Position numbers and translations under genes: made by a program
Virus record (IMG/VR): IMGVR_UViG_3300004151_000006
Location: 62,001 to 126,000 of that record
Strand: one strand, 5' to 3'
DNA: 64,000 nucleotides
In this document: one piece after another, positions 30,654-40,639 of the stretch
Numbering within the stretch: the first letter of the stretch is position 1
How the letters are laid out: every line of letters begins with the position of its first letter
The notes under the pieces: model-generated
What the model saw: the letters and a program-made list of their open reading frames with translations, nothing else
What the model was told of the DNA's origin: nothing
Database searches by the model: none

Positions 30654-33113
30654 ATGATTTCATTACCTATCGATAAATACTATCCGGAGATCATGGCTTC
30701 TATCAAAGATTATCCGGTGACACTCATTGTGGGTGAGACTGGGTCTGGTAAATCAACTCGTGTTCCTCGGATGTGCATTGAAGATGGTCATTCTTGTATC
30801 ATCACTCAACCCAGACGTTTGGCTGCTATCAATGTGGCTAAGCGTGTGGCAGATGAACTCAATGGTGACTTGGGTGGTGTGGTGGGTTATTCCACCAGAT
30901 ACGAAAAGGAGTATTCAAAATATACTACTTGTTTATTTTGTACTGATGGTCTTGGTCTGGTGAGAGAGATGTTGACTGAACATAAGTTTGACATCCTCAT
31001 CTTAGATGAAGTCCATGAATTTAATTTATCTATTGAAGCCTTGTTGGCTTGGATCAAATATCAGTTGGATCATGGTGAAATGAATCGTAGATATGTACTC
31101 ATGTCAGCCAGTGTAGATGTGATTAAATTTAAAGAATATTTTGGTGAATATCTCCATATTTTAGAGGTTGAAGGTCGTACCTTTCCAGTGATAGATCACT
31201 CTGAAAAATATAGTAGAGTGATCTGTGATGAGCATGATGTATTTAAAGTGGTTGTTAATTTGATACATGAAGAAAAAGATATCCTTATGTTTTTGCCTGG
31301 TAAAAAAGAGATCTCTGATTATAAGCGTAGATTCAATGATGCTGGTTTAAATGCAGAGGTATTAGTGTTACATGGTGATATGACATATAAAGAACAGTGC
31401 TTAGCATTTGGAGAATATGGTAGACCTAGGTTAATCTTATCTACTAATGTGGCACAGACTTCAATTACACCAGATGTTGATGTGGTATTGGATTCTGAAT
31501 TGGAAAAGTGTATATTGATACGTGATGGTGTAGAAGGTCTTTATCTGCAACGTATCTCCAAAGCTGATGTGCAGCAACGAATGGGTCGTGCAGGTAGAAC
31601 CAAAGTGGGTGAATATATTTCATTTATTCAGGTAGCCAATTTAGATGTGGAAAGTTTGGTACAAAATGATTATGCCACACCCGAGATAGAACGGTTGTAT
31701 CTTGATCATGTATATCTTAAATTGTGTGCTGCTGGATTGGATCCGCTTCAGTTGGATTTCTTTCACAATCCCAATATCCGCCAATTGGCAATGGCTAAAA
31801 AAGGTCTTTATCAATTGGGTTGTATCACTTTTGATAGTGAAATTACGGAATTAGGTAAAATACTGGTGAAATATCCACTGGATGCACGTTATGCTAAGAT
31901 CCTTTATTTAGCATCTGAATATGGTGTCTTTGAACCCTGTCTTCAGATCATATGCTGTTTGATGTCAAATGTGAGATATAAATATCCCAGAAGAGATGTT
32001 TCTTCTGATCTTGAAGCATACGGTACATATTTACAATATACAAATAATAAATCTAATGATGAGTTGAAGCGTGCTGAGCTCAATCTTAAAGCACATTATG
32101 GTATGATAGAAATGTACAAACGCATGTTTAAAGATAAAAATATTGAAATCAATAATGATAATACACATGATGATTGGAATAAAATGCATGATACAATTGA
32201 ACGTATCTTCGTATCTTGTATGTTAGATAATTTATGGGCTACAGGTAATATCACATATGGAAATTTTTATCATTTGGATTCATTGAATGTCAAACAGAAT
32301 GTGTGTACTGAAGCAGATATTGTAGGTAGATCAGTTAATAAAAATTATAACAATACACACAATATGGTATGTTGTGTTGGTATCCCCATCGACATTCAAA
32401 TAAAAACTAGATATGGATACAATACTTTAAGACTTTTGAATTTCATTATTCCTTATCGTGATATTTGGATGGAATGGTTCCCTGATAAATTTAAATTGGA
32501 TTTGGAATTTAAAGAGAGTTTCCAATATAATGTGGTGGGGTATCCAATTATGAAATGTGGTAATATTAAATTAGGAAATACTCAATATAGTGGTTTAGAT
32601 TTTCATATTGTAGATAAATGCCCCACAGCATTACAGTACATTAAGTTCTTTAATATGCGCATAGCACAATATTTGAATTCATTTAAAGATGAATATAATG
32701 TAGTCCCTTCAGATAAATCTGTTGAACAATTGAATATACTCATCCTTGGTATGTTGAAAACATATGCACGTTGGAATAATTTTGAAATGTGGGATCCATG
32801 GACTAATCTTAGAATTTATCGTGGTAAACAACCCAATCAATATGGTGAAGTTAACCATTTTGCAGAATATAAAGAATTTACAGATGCTCGAGATGATATT
32901 CCTGAAGTAAAAGTGGATTATAAACAATATATTCCAGTGCCTAAAATGATTCCTAAAAAGGAGGTGCAACTTTGGCATTCTGTTAGTGCTGGAAAAGTAA
33001 TGTGTCCTAAAGGACATGTCATGAAGATGTCAAAAGCATTGGATCATGATCCAACTAAGTTATATTGCCCTATCTGTAAGACTGAGGGCAAGATCACTGG
33101 TCTTGGATCTTGA
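30654..33113 (+). CDS. HrpA/HrpB-like DEAH-box helicase with C-terminal zinc ribbon
   Basis: GETGSGKST, TQPRRLAA, DEVHE, MSAS, FLPG, STNVAQTSIT, QRMGRAGR; CPKGH...CPIC. Confidence 0.9.
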   Translation: MISLPIDKYYPEIMASIKDYPVTLIVGETGSGKSTRVPRMCIEDGHSCIITQPRRLAAINVAKRVADELNGDLGGVVGYSTRYEKEYSKYTTCLFCTDGLGLVREMLTEHKFDILILDEVHEFNLSIEALLAWIKYQLDHGEMNRRYVLMSASVDVIKFKEYFGEYLHILEVEGRTFPVIDHSEKYSRVICDEHDVFKVVVNLIHEEKDILMFLPGKKEISDYKRRFNDAGLNAEVLVLHGDMTYKEQCLAFGEYGRPRLILSTNVAQTSITPDVDVVLDSELEKCILIRDGVEGLYLQRISKADVQQRMGRAGRTKVGEYISFIQVANLDVESLVQNDYATPEIERLYLDHVYLKLCAAGLDPLQLDFFHNPNIRQLAMAKKGLYQLGCITFDSEITELGKILVKYPLDARYAKILYLASEYGVFEPCLQIICCLMSNVRYKYPRRDVSSDLEAYGTYLQYTNNKSNDELKRAELNLKAHYGMIEMYKRMFKDKNIEINNDNTHDDWNKMHDTIERIFVSCMLDNLWATGNITYGNFYHLDSLNVKQNVCTEADIVGRSVNKNYNNTHNMVCCVGIPIDIQIKTRYGYNTLRLLNFIIPYRDIWMEWFPDKFKLDLEFKESFQYNVVGYPIMKCGNIKLGNTQYSGLDFHIVDKCPTALQYIKFFNMRIAQYLNSFKDEYNVVPSDKSVEQLNILILGMLKTYARWNNFEMWDPWTNLRIYRGKQPNQYGEVNHFAEYKEFTDARDDIPEVKVDYKQYIPVPKMIPKKEVQLWHSVSAGKVMCPKGHVMKMSKALDHDPTKLYCPICKTEGKITGLGS

Positions 33114-33179
33114 TATATCTTTCTATAGGGATCTGAAATAATTCAGATTTCAAACACATCATCACTCAGGAGGATCACC

Positions 33180-33605
33180 ATGGGTAAGAAACTCATCGAC
33201 ATGACGGGGACCAAGACTGAAGACATGAGCATCGAGAACCGGATCACCGTTGGGATGTCCGAAGAGCTCATGCGCATAATGGCTCTGTCCGATGAGGCCA
33301 AGATCACCGTCATCGGTGACCTTGAAATCCTTTCCGATGCCGGGAAGGCTTATTTTAAGAAATACAGTGAAAAACTCGTCAATGACGAGATCTCTGGCAA
33401 GTACTATGCTGCAATGCATGTCACCAAACTGAAAGCTATGGTACCCCGTACCATTGATACCAACTACCGTGAGTACATTAAGTACCTGCGCAAGCTTTGG
33501 CGTCGCCGCAATGAACTTTCCGTCACCAACATCACGTTGGGCGACATCAGCAATACGGTGCTCCAGCAGCTGATGCCGCAAGTGGCGGAACAAGCCCAAG
33601 CCTAA
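33180..33605 (+). CDS. hypothetical protein (high GC3)
   Basis: AGGAGG RBS, GC-rich codons. Confidence 0.7.
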   Translation: MGKKLIDMTGTKTEDMSIENRITVGMSEELMRIMALSDEAKITVIGDLEILSDAGKAYFKKYSEKLVNDEISGKYYAAMHVTKLKAMVPRTIDTNYREYIKYLRKLWRRRNELSVTNITLGDISNTVLQQLMPQVAEQAQA

Positions 33606-33622
33606 AGTTCATTTCACCAGAG

Positions 33623-33652
33623 GAGGATGCATCCCATATGGGATGCATCCTC
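33623..33652. repeat. 30-bp perfect palindrome (no loop)
   Basis: GAGGATGCATCCCAT|ATGGGATGCATCCTC. Confidence 0.95.
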
Positions 33653-33720
33653 TCCTCAAGTGATTTCACTATTTTTTTATATTATGCTATGAAATCTTAA
33701 ATAGAATTGGGGGAATTTAT

Positions 33721-35967
33721 ATGTTGATGTTTGAATCAGATTTTACAAGACCGTTTTCTATTAAGTTGGGCCATGATGTATCTAGGACATTTTATCCTAG
33801 ATATCATGCCAATACAAAAAATGATAGTTTTATAAGAGTATGTATGATATTGAAAAATATGGGCGTAGAAAACCATTTATTCCCTTTAGGTATTTATCAT
33901 CATGAATTATTAGATGTAGATCCAAGATCTAATGATCTCTCAGATGAACAAAGACTCATGATAATGACAGAGATTAAGATTAATCCGTGGTATTATTTTC
34001 GAGAGGTAGTGAGAATCCCCACTACTGGTGGTGAACCAATCCCATACATTTTATCGAGAGCAAACTTAGCTCTTACGTGGTGTTATTACAATGGTATTGA
34101 TGTTGGCTTAGTACAACCTCGTCAAACTGGTAAAACTATTGGTACACAGGCTATCATGTCACATGTTATGTATTTCTTAGGATTTCACTTTGAAATAGCC
34201 ATGCTCACTAAAGATGGTGCCTTAATTAAAGACAACGTAAGACGTCTTCGGGATATTAAAGAAACATTACCAAAATGGATGATACTTAAAAATTACAATG
34301 GTAAAGATGAAGATAATAAAGAAGGACTTTCTTATACTTTTTTAGAAAATATCTATAAAACTTTTACCAATGCTATTGATGATGCAGGTGCTGATAAACT
34401 CGGTCGTGGTATGACTTCTCCCACTCAACATTGGGATGAAATTGCTTTCTTTAGATATATCTGGACAACATTTCCTGCTGCAGTGGCAGCTACTGGTGCT
34501 GCTCGAAAGAATGCTGCTGAACGTGGACTTCCTCATGCTAACATATATACCACTACTGCAGGTAACCCAGATAAAAGATCTGGTAAATTTGCTATGGATC
34601 TTTTTTTAGATTCATGTTTATTCACTGAGAAACTTTATGATTGTAAAGATCTTAATGATCTTCATAATACCGTAATTAAAAATAGTGTCCAAGGTACGAA
34701 GTCTGTCTATTGTGTATATTCACATAGACAATTGGGTTTCACTGATGATTGGCTTAGAGAACAGATTTTACGTACTAAAGCTACACAAGAAAAAGTGGAT
34801 AGAGATTATTTGAATTTATGGAAATCTTCTTCTGATGATGGACCTATTCCACCAGATTTATTAGATAAAATCAATAGAAATGTTATTGAACCCCTGTATA
34901 GTGAAGTGAAAGATAGATACATTCTTAATTGGTATCTCTCTGAACAAATGGTCAATTCTGAAGAATTTAAAAATCGTACGCTTATCGCTGGGCTAGATAG
35001 TTCAGAGATGATAGGTAGAGATTTTACTACATTTGTCATTCTTGATTCGTATGACATGAGTGTAGTTGGTACACTTCGGTGTAATGATTCTAATGTTATT
35101 AATCTTGGTAATCGCATAGCACAGATTATGTTGAAGTATAGAAAGATGATATTAGTACCAGAATGTAAATCTACTGGAGTAGCTATTGTAGATGCTATCA
35201 TCAATGTACTCAAAGAAAATGGTATCAATCCTTGGCAACGTATCTTTAATTTGGCAGTACAAAAGAAAGATGAAAGGGAGTTTGAAAATTTTAATATTCA
35301 TACAGAACCCACTGAAGGTCTTAATAAGAAGTTGTTTGGATTTAGGACTACTGGAGGTACTGGTTTATTTAGTCGTAATATGCTTTATAAATCCACAATG
35401 CTAAAAGCTATATATCTTAACTATTCCCGTGTCCATGATGAGATGCTCATTAAAGAATTCAATGGACTTCGTACTAAAAATGGTAGAATAGATCACAATG
35501 AAGATAGCCATGATGATATGATCATCTCTTATTTATTGGCTTGTTTCTTTATATTCTTTGGTAAGAATCTTCATCATTATGGGATCAAACCAGAACTCTT
35601 TTTACATAAAATTACCAATGATGAAGATGGTGTGGATAAGTATAAAAAACAAGAACAATTGGAAGTTCGTAGTCATATAGCCCAATTAGAACATGCTGTC
35701 AGAAGATCAACTTCGCATCTTGTACGTATGAGTTACGAACGTGAACTCAACGAAATAAAGAGATATCTTGATGATGGGATCATTGATGTAAAACCTATTG
35801 CCACTACTCAGTTTAAACGTGATAGTGAATTGGTGTCTACTTTTAATAAACCCGATACTGAGCAAGCAGTTAACTTATTATCTAGTGTATACACTGCCAA
35901 TAATATGAATACTTCAAAATACCAATATCCTCAATATAGGGTAGGCTATGGTGGCATAGTCAATTGA
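33721..35967 (+). CDS. terL: terminase large subunit, phiKZ-type
   Basis: NPWYYFREVVR, QPRQTGKT (Walker A), WDEIAF (Walker B), TTTAG, GLDSSE, RIDH...HDD nuclease motifs. Confidence 0.9.
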   Translation: MLMFESDFTRPFSIKLGHDVSRTFYPRYHANTKNDSFIRVCMILKNMGVENHLFPLGIYHHELLDVDPRSNDLSDEQRLMIMTEIKINPWYYFREVVRIPTTGGEPIPYILSRANLALTWCYYNGIDVGLVQPRQTGKTIGTQAIMSHVMYFLGFHFEIAMLTKDGALIKDNVRRLRDIKETLPKWMILKNYNGKDEDNKEGLSYTFLENIYKTFTNAIDDAGADKLGRGMTSPTQHWDEIAFFRYIWTTFPAAVAATGAARKNAAERGLPHANIYTTTAGNPDKRSGKFAMDLFLDSCLFTEKLYDCKDLNDLHNTVIKNSVQGTKSVYCVYSHRQLGFTDDWLREQILRTKATQEKVDRDYLNLWKSSSDDGPIPPDLLDKINRNVIEPLYSEVKDRYILNWYLSEQMVNSEEFKNRTLIAGLDSSEMIGRDFTTFVILDSYDMSVVGTLRCNDSNVINLGNRIAQIMLKYRKMILVPECKSTGVAIVDAIINVLKENGINPWQRIFNLAVQKKDEREFENFNIHTEPTEGLNKKLFGFRTTGGTGLFSRNMLYKSTMLKAIYLNYSRVHDEMLIKEFNGLRTKNGRIDHNEDSHDDMIISYLLACFFIFFGKNLHHYGIKPELFLHKITNDEDGVDKYKKQEQLEVRSHIAQLEHAVRRSTSHLVRMSYERELNEIKRYLDDGIIDVKPIATTQFKRDSELVSTFNKPDTEQAVNLLSSVYTANNMNTSKYQYPQYRVGYGGIVN

Positions 35968-36001
35968 GGATACTAATTATTACTCAGGAGGGATAGATCT
36001 C

Positions 36002-36508
36002 ATGTATAAAGGAAAAGGATATTTATTTGTTGTTTTTAGTGTTATGATGCTCTTGAGTTTTGGTTGTGTGAAAAAGACTGTACCAAATAATAATCCAGCT
36101 AGTTATATTAATGAAGATAAGGCTGTAGTTGAAAAGAGTAATGAAATTAAAGCTACTGTAGATACTACAGTTACTCCCACTGTTGCTGATATCAAAGATC
36201 CGGTTGTACAAGTAGATCAAAAGACTATGGGTGATCTTAAAGCAGGATTTAAATATATCAAAGCTTCTTATACTGCTATTTTAGCTGGGATTGATAAAAT
36301 CAAAAATTATGATATTGGTAAGTATAATACAATCATTGATAAAATTTATCCTTTGATGGTACAACTTGGTGAAGTCATTGATACCTACAGCGATGCACTT
36401 AATAATATGGATGATAATAAAGCACTCACAGCATACAATATTGGGAGACCTCTCATTACCACTATTCTTAAGGTGGGTGGACCCATCTTGATTTCGATGA
36501 TCTTCTGA
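36002..36508 (+). CDS. lipoprotein
   Basis: Signal peptide with lipobox LSFG-C. Confidence 0.7.
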   Translation: MYKGKGYLFVVFSVMMLLSFGCVKKTVPNNNPASYINEDKAVVEKSNEIKATVDTTVTPTVADIKDPVVQVDQKTMGDLKAGFKYIKASYTAILAGIDKIKNYDIGKYNTIIDKIYPLMVQLGEVIDTYSDALNNMDDNKALTAYNIGRPLITTILKVGGPILISMIF

Positions 36509-36516
36509 GTCATGAT

Positions 36517-36548
36517 GTGGGATGGTGGGGATCTCCCCACCATCCCAC
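36517..36548. terminator. 15-bp stem/2-nt loop inverted repeat
   Basis: GTGGGATGGTGGGGA-TC-TCCCCACCATCCCAC. Confidence 0.8.
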
Positions 36549-36564
36549 TGTAATTCTTTTAAAA

Positions 36565-36669
36565 GGATGTGAGTAGATGCAGCCACTCACATCCACACTG
36601 GACGACAAGACCACCCGGATCAGATCCCACGGAGGAGTGGGGGTATGTCCCTTTTTAATATGCTGCATC
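36565..36669. ncRNA. candidate pseudoknotted RNA element
   Basis: 10-bp stem whose loop GATGCAGC (36576-83) complements GCTGCATC (36662-69); nested stems in between. Confidence 0.3.
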
Positions 36670-36742
36670 ATACTTCAAAAGTTCATAGTATATCTCTACT
36701 GACGATACTATAGATGCATTATTGTACAAGGAGAGACTGACG

Positions 36743-38041
36743 ATGTCAGATCAAATAAAGACTGCTTTAGATGGTGCAATTCCAATTACCATGGATAAGC
36801 TCCATGCTGATAAAGTACGTAGATTTTGTTTTATGTTTGAAACTACAGGTACTAATCCAGAGGCTCTCAATACACCATTTTTAGGTGTGACTAAGATCTA
36901 TTTTCTTCCAAGAGATCAAGAAGAATTTCTTGATATATTTCAAGTGACTAATCTACAACTTAATCGATTAAATATAGATAAATTTATGAATTCTATAGTT
37001 GGATCAGATATTAGAAAAATATTATCCAAATTAGATGCTGTTGATACTAGCCGTAAAGTACAATCTGATCCTTTTAATATTTTCATATCTTATTTACTTC
37101 ATTGTACATATAGAAACAATAGTTTGACGTTAGAAGAGAAACAAAATACCATGCTTGCATTGGTGAAGATATTACAGTATAAATTTTTTACTTCATTGGT
37201 GAATCATCGATTTGTATATGGTACTGATCTAGCTACAATGCAAGCGACTATCAATAGTCTTTCTAATAAATTTTCTATAGTTCAATATGGTACTTGGAAA
37301 AAAGTCATGGAAGTCAGAGCTGAAGAACTCACTGCTAAAAATAGTATTCATTTTTCAACTATAGTCAATTACAATGATGATGCTGGTATCTTTTATCTTA
37401 TCACTGACATTCAGACACGTATACGTAATCAAATCAATCTTATCATGGTACAATATCATAAACACAAAGAAGAAAATGACAAAGTCTCTTCATATGGTCT
37501 AGCTGGAAATGATATTGATGGTGAAAAAGTGATTCTTGGGAGTACTTCCACTTTAGATGCCATGACTTCTAACATATCTGCCGAAATACTCAGTGTACAT
37601 CAATTTATTGATATGCAACTCATTGCTAGTACTTGTAAATTATTTCCGGGTTTAAAAGAATATATGTTTAAACAGACTTTAGAAAGATTTAGTGTATTAG
37701 CTTTAGAACAGAGACAGAAGAATGATTTACTTAAAGTAACACATCGTAATAATACTGAACAGTATGTTGGTGCATCTATATTGGTACGTAATATTATTCA
37801 AAAGACATATCGGCATTGTGCACAAAATAAAGTTAATATCAAAGCAAAGATACCAATTTTAATTTGTGCTAAAGATGCCTATAGCAGTTCACGTATCATT
37901 GATCCCGATATATTAGCAGTAAGAAATTCAGTCAGTACTTTTATTGATAGTTGTAATATTACAAGACGTGAAGCTACTAAATCATCACTCAAGATAGCTT
38001 TTATACTATATATAATCATTAAATCCTTTAAATATATCTAG
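36743..38041 (+). CDS. conserved phiKZ-like virion protein
   Basis: AAGGAG RBS; DPFN, LQYKFFTSL, YGTW motifs recalled from phiKZ-family structural proteins. Confidence 0.55.
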   Translation: MSDQIKTALDGAIPITMDKLHADKVRRFCFMFETTGTNPEALNTPFLGVTKIYFLPRDQEEFLDIFQVTNLQLNRLNIDKFMNSIVGSDIRKILSKLDAVDTSRKVQSDPFNIFISYLLHCTYRNNSLTLEEKQNTMLALVKILQYKFFTSLVNHRFVYGTDLATMQATINSLSNKFSIVQYGTWKKVMEVRAEELTAKNSIHFSTIVNYNDDAGIFYLITDIQTRIRNQINLIMVQYHKHKEENDKVSSYGLAGNDIDGEKVILGSTSTLDAMTSNISAEILSVHQFIDMQLIASTCKLFPGLKEYMFKQTLERFSVLALEQRQKNDLLKVTHRNNTEQYVGASILVRNIIQKTYRHCAQNKVNIKAKIPILICAKDAYSSSRIIDPDILAVRNSVSTFIDSCNITRREATKSSLKIAFILYIIIKSFKYI

Positions 38042-38061
38042 GGATCAGGAGGTACCACCAT

Positions 38062-39111
38062 GTGTGGCTAGAGGGTCTGTTGAAATATTCTAAAAATTAT
38101 ATACCCTCTACTTCAGAAAATATAAAATTGGTGCCACTTAAATATCGAGATAAAAAGACATTGAAGAAATACGGTGATATTGTACTTCATATGTATAATA
38201 GTTTTCAAATGTGGCATCATGAAAAAGACATCCTCATTGTACGCCAAGTATCAAAAAGACTCAGACCATTATTTGTCACCATAGAAGATCTACTCAATAA
38301 CATTATTACAAATATAGATGTGGAATTGTCAGTAGTTTTATTTGAAGATATTGTGATTGGTTTCGTATCGTATTATATCAAACCAAATACATGCCTTTAT
38401 ATGTTAGATGTATGGATAGAACCAGATTATAGAAATAAAGGAATGTTTACAGTGGTTCATCGGATACTAAGACGTATGGCTACAGTACTTCATTGTAAAT
38501 ATATGGATCTTGAAGTACTTATGAATAATAAAGATAGTTATTGTAAATATGTCACTATGGGTTATATACCCTATATTGGAACTTATACTCAGGGGATATC
38601 TAAGGAAAGATTAAAAATCACAGATAGTTTAAAAGATATATTTATACCAATTTTGCTCAATCAAAACAATTATAAATTATATGAAAAAGATATTGAATTT
38701 TTATGGTATAAATATCATGAATATAAAATACTCAGATTTAAATTATTGGGTGTGGATATCATGAGAAATATTCCATGGGATATGAAATATGTTATACAAG
38801 AAAGACTCAAAGCTGAAGTATCTTGGATACTCTTTTATTTAGAGAAAGATCCGGTTGGTATAATCACCATTGTAAGATCTGATTTACATGTAGTAGCTGC
38901 AGCACAGATCAATGATTTTTATTTTCTTGAACCATATCTAGAGAATTTTATAGATATCATTTTACGATATATTAAAGAGTATATTCAATCACATTTACGT
39001 AATGTAGTTTATTTTTCCACATTTGCAGCATTGAGTGACAATATTAAAATTAATGCCTTTGAAAAGAATATAATGATACATAGAGCTGACAATCTTTATT
39101 TAAAAATATAA
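38062..39111 (+). CDS. GNAT acetyltransferase (possibly tandem GNAT)
   Basis: VWIEPDYRNKGM acetyl-CoA motif; N..S...Y...GY. Confidence 0.75.
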   Translation: MWLEGLLKYSKNYIPSTSENIKLVPLKYRDKKTLKKYGDIVLHMYNSFQMWHHEKDILIVRQVSKRLRPLFVTIEDLLNNIITNIDVELSVVLFEDIVIGFVSYYIKPNTCLYMLDVWIEPDYRNKGMFTVVHRILRRMATVLHCKYMDLEVLMNNKDSYCKYVTMGYIPYIGTYTQGISKERLKITDSLKDIFIPILLNQNNYKLYEKDIEFLWYKYHEYKILRFKLLGVDIMRNIPWDMKYVIQERLKAEVSWILFYLEKDPVGIITIVRSDLHVVAAAQINDFYFLEPYLENFIDIILRYIKEYIQSHLRNVVYFSTFAALSDNIKINAFEKNIMIHRADNLYLKI

Positions 39112-39131
39112 TCAAAGGAGGATATCTGACT

Positions 39132-39371
39132 ATGCACATTTATAAAGATAAGAAAGGACAAGAAAAATATATTATTGCGGGTCAAGTATTTACAAATATG
39201 AATGAAGTTATGAATTATCTGGTAGATGTGAAACAATTGACTCCTGCAGTACTTGAAGTATATCTTAGTAAACATACAAACAAACCGAGTATCAATAAAA
39301 AACAAGCTATCCAAACTATTAGAGATATAACCAATGTTAGTATTAAAAAGGCGTCCATGATGTTGGAATGA
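39132..39371 (+). CDS. small protein with ribosomal L7/L12 CTD-like motif
   Basis: KKQAIQTIRDITNVSIKKA; AAGGAGG RBS. Confidence 0.45.
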   Translation: MHIYKDKKGQEKYIIAGQVFTNMNEVMNYLVDVKQLTPAVLEVYLSKHTNKPSINKKQAIQTIRDITNVSIKKASMMLE

Positions 39372-39376
39372 TATGC

Positions 39377-39404
39377 ATCAGGGTGGGCATATGCCCACCC
39401 TGAT
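39377..39404. repeat. 28-bp perfect palindrome between convergent genes
   Basis: ATCAGGGTGGGCAT|ATGCCCACCCTGAT. Confidence 0.95.
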
Positions 39405-39407
39405 ATC

Positions 39408-40217
39408 CTACAACATAAAAGCCAACAATGATCCCATTTCATCTCTAGACAATAAAGTGGCACCACAAAAGAGTCTCAATTTCTCAGGATATTGTTCTAA
39501 ATATTGTTTACCTTCTTCTATCATTTCTTTCATGACATTGAGTTCTTGACCTGCAGATAAAAAGGTCCTACTTGATTCAAAGATACCCATGGTATATATG
39601 TATCCTCTCACTGCAGTATAAACTAGATCAATAAAACTATGTATGGTGGTAGGATCCATACTGGTAAAGTTTCTATCCCATTCTAAACGACATTCAATCA
39701 CCCAATCCATATGAGTCATTTGAGGTGGTATCAATTGCACCATATCACCTTGTAACGGCTTAGCTATTGGGGTAGGATATGAATTAGCAAAAGTCTGTGC
39801 ATTGAGTACAGCTGAAGCAAGACTACCCATAGTAACACCACCCATCCCATTTGTAAATGGTTGATTCATTCCACCATATGAATTGAAATTATAGGGATAT
39901 CGTACACCTTGGATAGATACAATGTTTCTATATTCTCTATCTTGTGGTGGAATTCGATATATTGCATATTGTCCTACATCCAGACCATATGTGGGTGTAG
40001 GAGGAGGACAATACACTGCATTTTCAGCCTTCAAAGGTATAGTGGTTTTAGCTCCACCCACTAAATTGATATCATTGAGTACTTTGCCATCTATGATATC
40101 ATGTCTAATAGCTTCATCTAAGGTAATACCCCGTAACATAGGTTTGAATATATTGATCAACAGTTCTGGGGATATATTGAAATACAGATGCTGTAATGTC
40201 ATCTGGATAGCATCCAT
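39408..40217 (-). CDS. conserved phiKZ-like (probable virion) protein
   Basis: 269 aa, AGGAG RBS; VL.DINLVGG motif. Confidence 0.55.
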   Translation of the reverse strand: MDAIQMTLQHLYFNISPELLINIFKPMLRGITLDEAIRHDIIDGKVLNDINLVGGAKTTIPLKAENAVYCPPPTPTYGLDVGQYAIYRIPPQDREYRNIVSIQGVRYPYNFNSYGGMNQPFTNGMGGVTMGSLASAVLNAQTFANSYPTPIAKPLQGDMVQLIPPQMTHMDWVIECRLEWDRNFTSMDPTTIHSFIDLVYTAVRGYIYTMGIFESSRTFLSAGQELNVMKEMIEEGKQYLEQYPEKLRLFCGATLLSRDEMGSLLAFML

Positions 40218-40518
40218 GTCTGATCTCCTAAGGTATAATGTTCATAGTATGGATATTTTTAATATTGTGACCATTAATACTCTAAAAGATATATCTGATA
40301 TTATATGGTTAGGCCATGCTAATCATCCTGCTCATCCCGCTATGCTACAGTGCTTGGTCAGTGCACTCCTTTATCCTCCACGCCATGGGGGACTCCAGTG
40401 TGGGTTTGATATCATCATCGATCACGGGTAAGATGATATATCATCGGTGGCTGTACCCCACGTAACTGACTATACAGTATCACCACTGGTGTGGTAGTCC
40501 TTCCCATACCGTCACATC

Positions 40519-40558
40519 TACTACATGAGGCATGGTGCGGGCCATGCCTCATGTAGTA
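40519..40558. repeat. 17-bp stem inverted repeat followed by early promoter (40581-40599)
   Basis: TACTACATGAGGCATGG-TGCGGG-CCATGCCTCATGTAGTA. Confidence 0.9.
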
Positions 40559-40639
40559 TGTGGATGTCAATGGATCATGGATATATATTACTAGTATGAA
40601 ATCTGTCATTAACCTAAACTTTTTAGAGGTAAACACATC

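Noticed and set aside
36699-36743. Two CTGACGA motifs resembling a hammerhead ribozyme core
   Set aside because: No matching GAAA/NUH arrangement or three-stem junction found
39922-40431. 169-aa + strand ORF
   Set aside because: Mostly antisense to 39408..40217 and lacks an RBS
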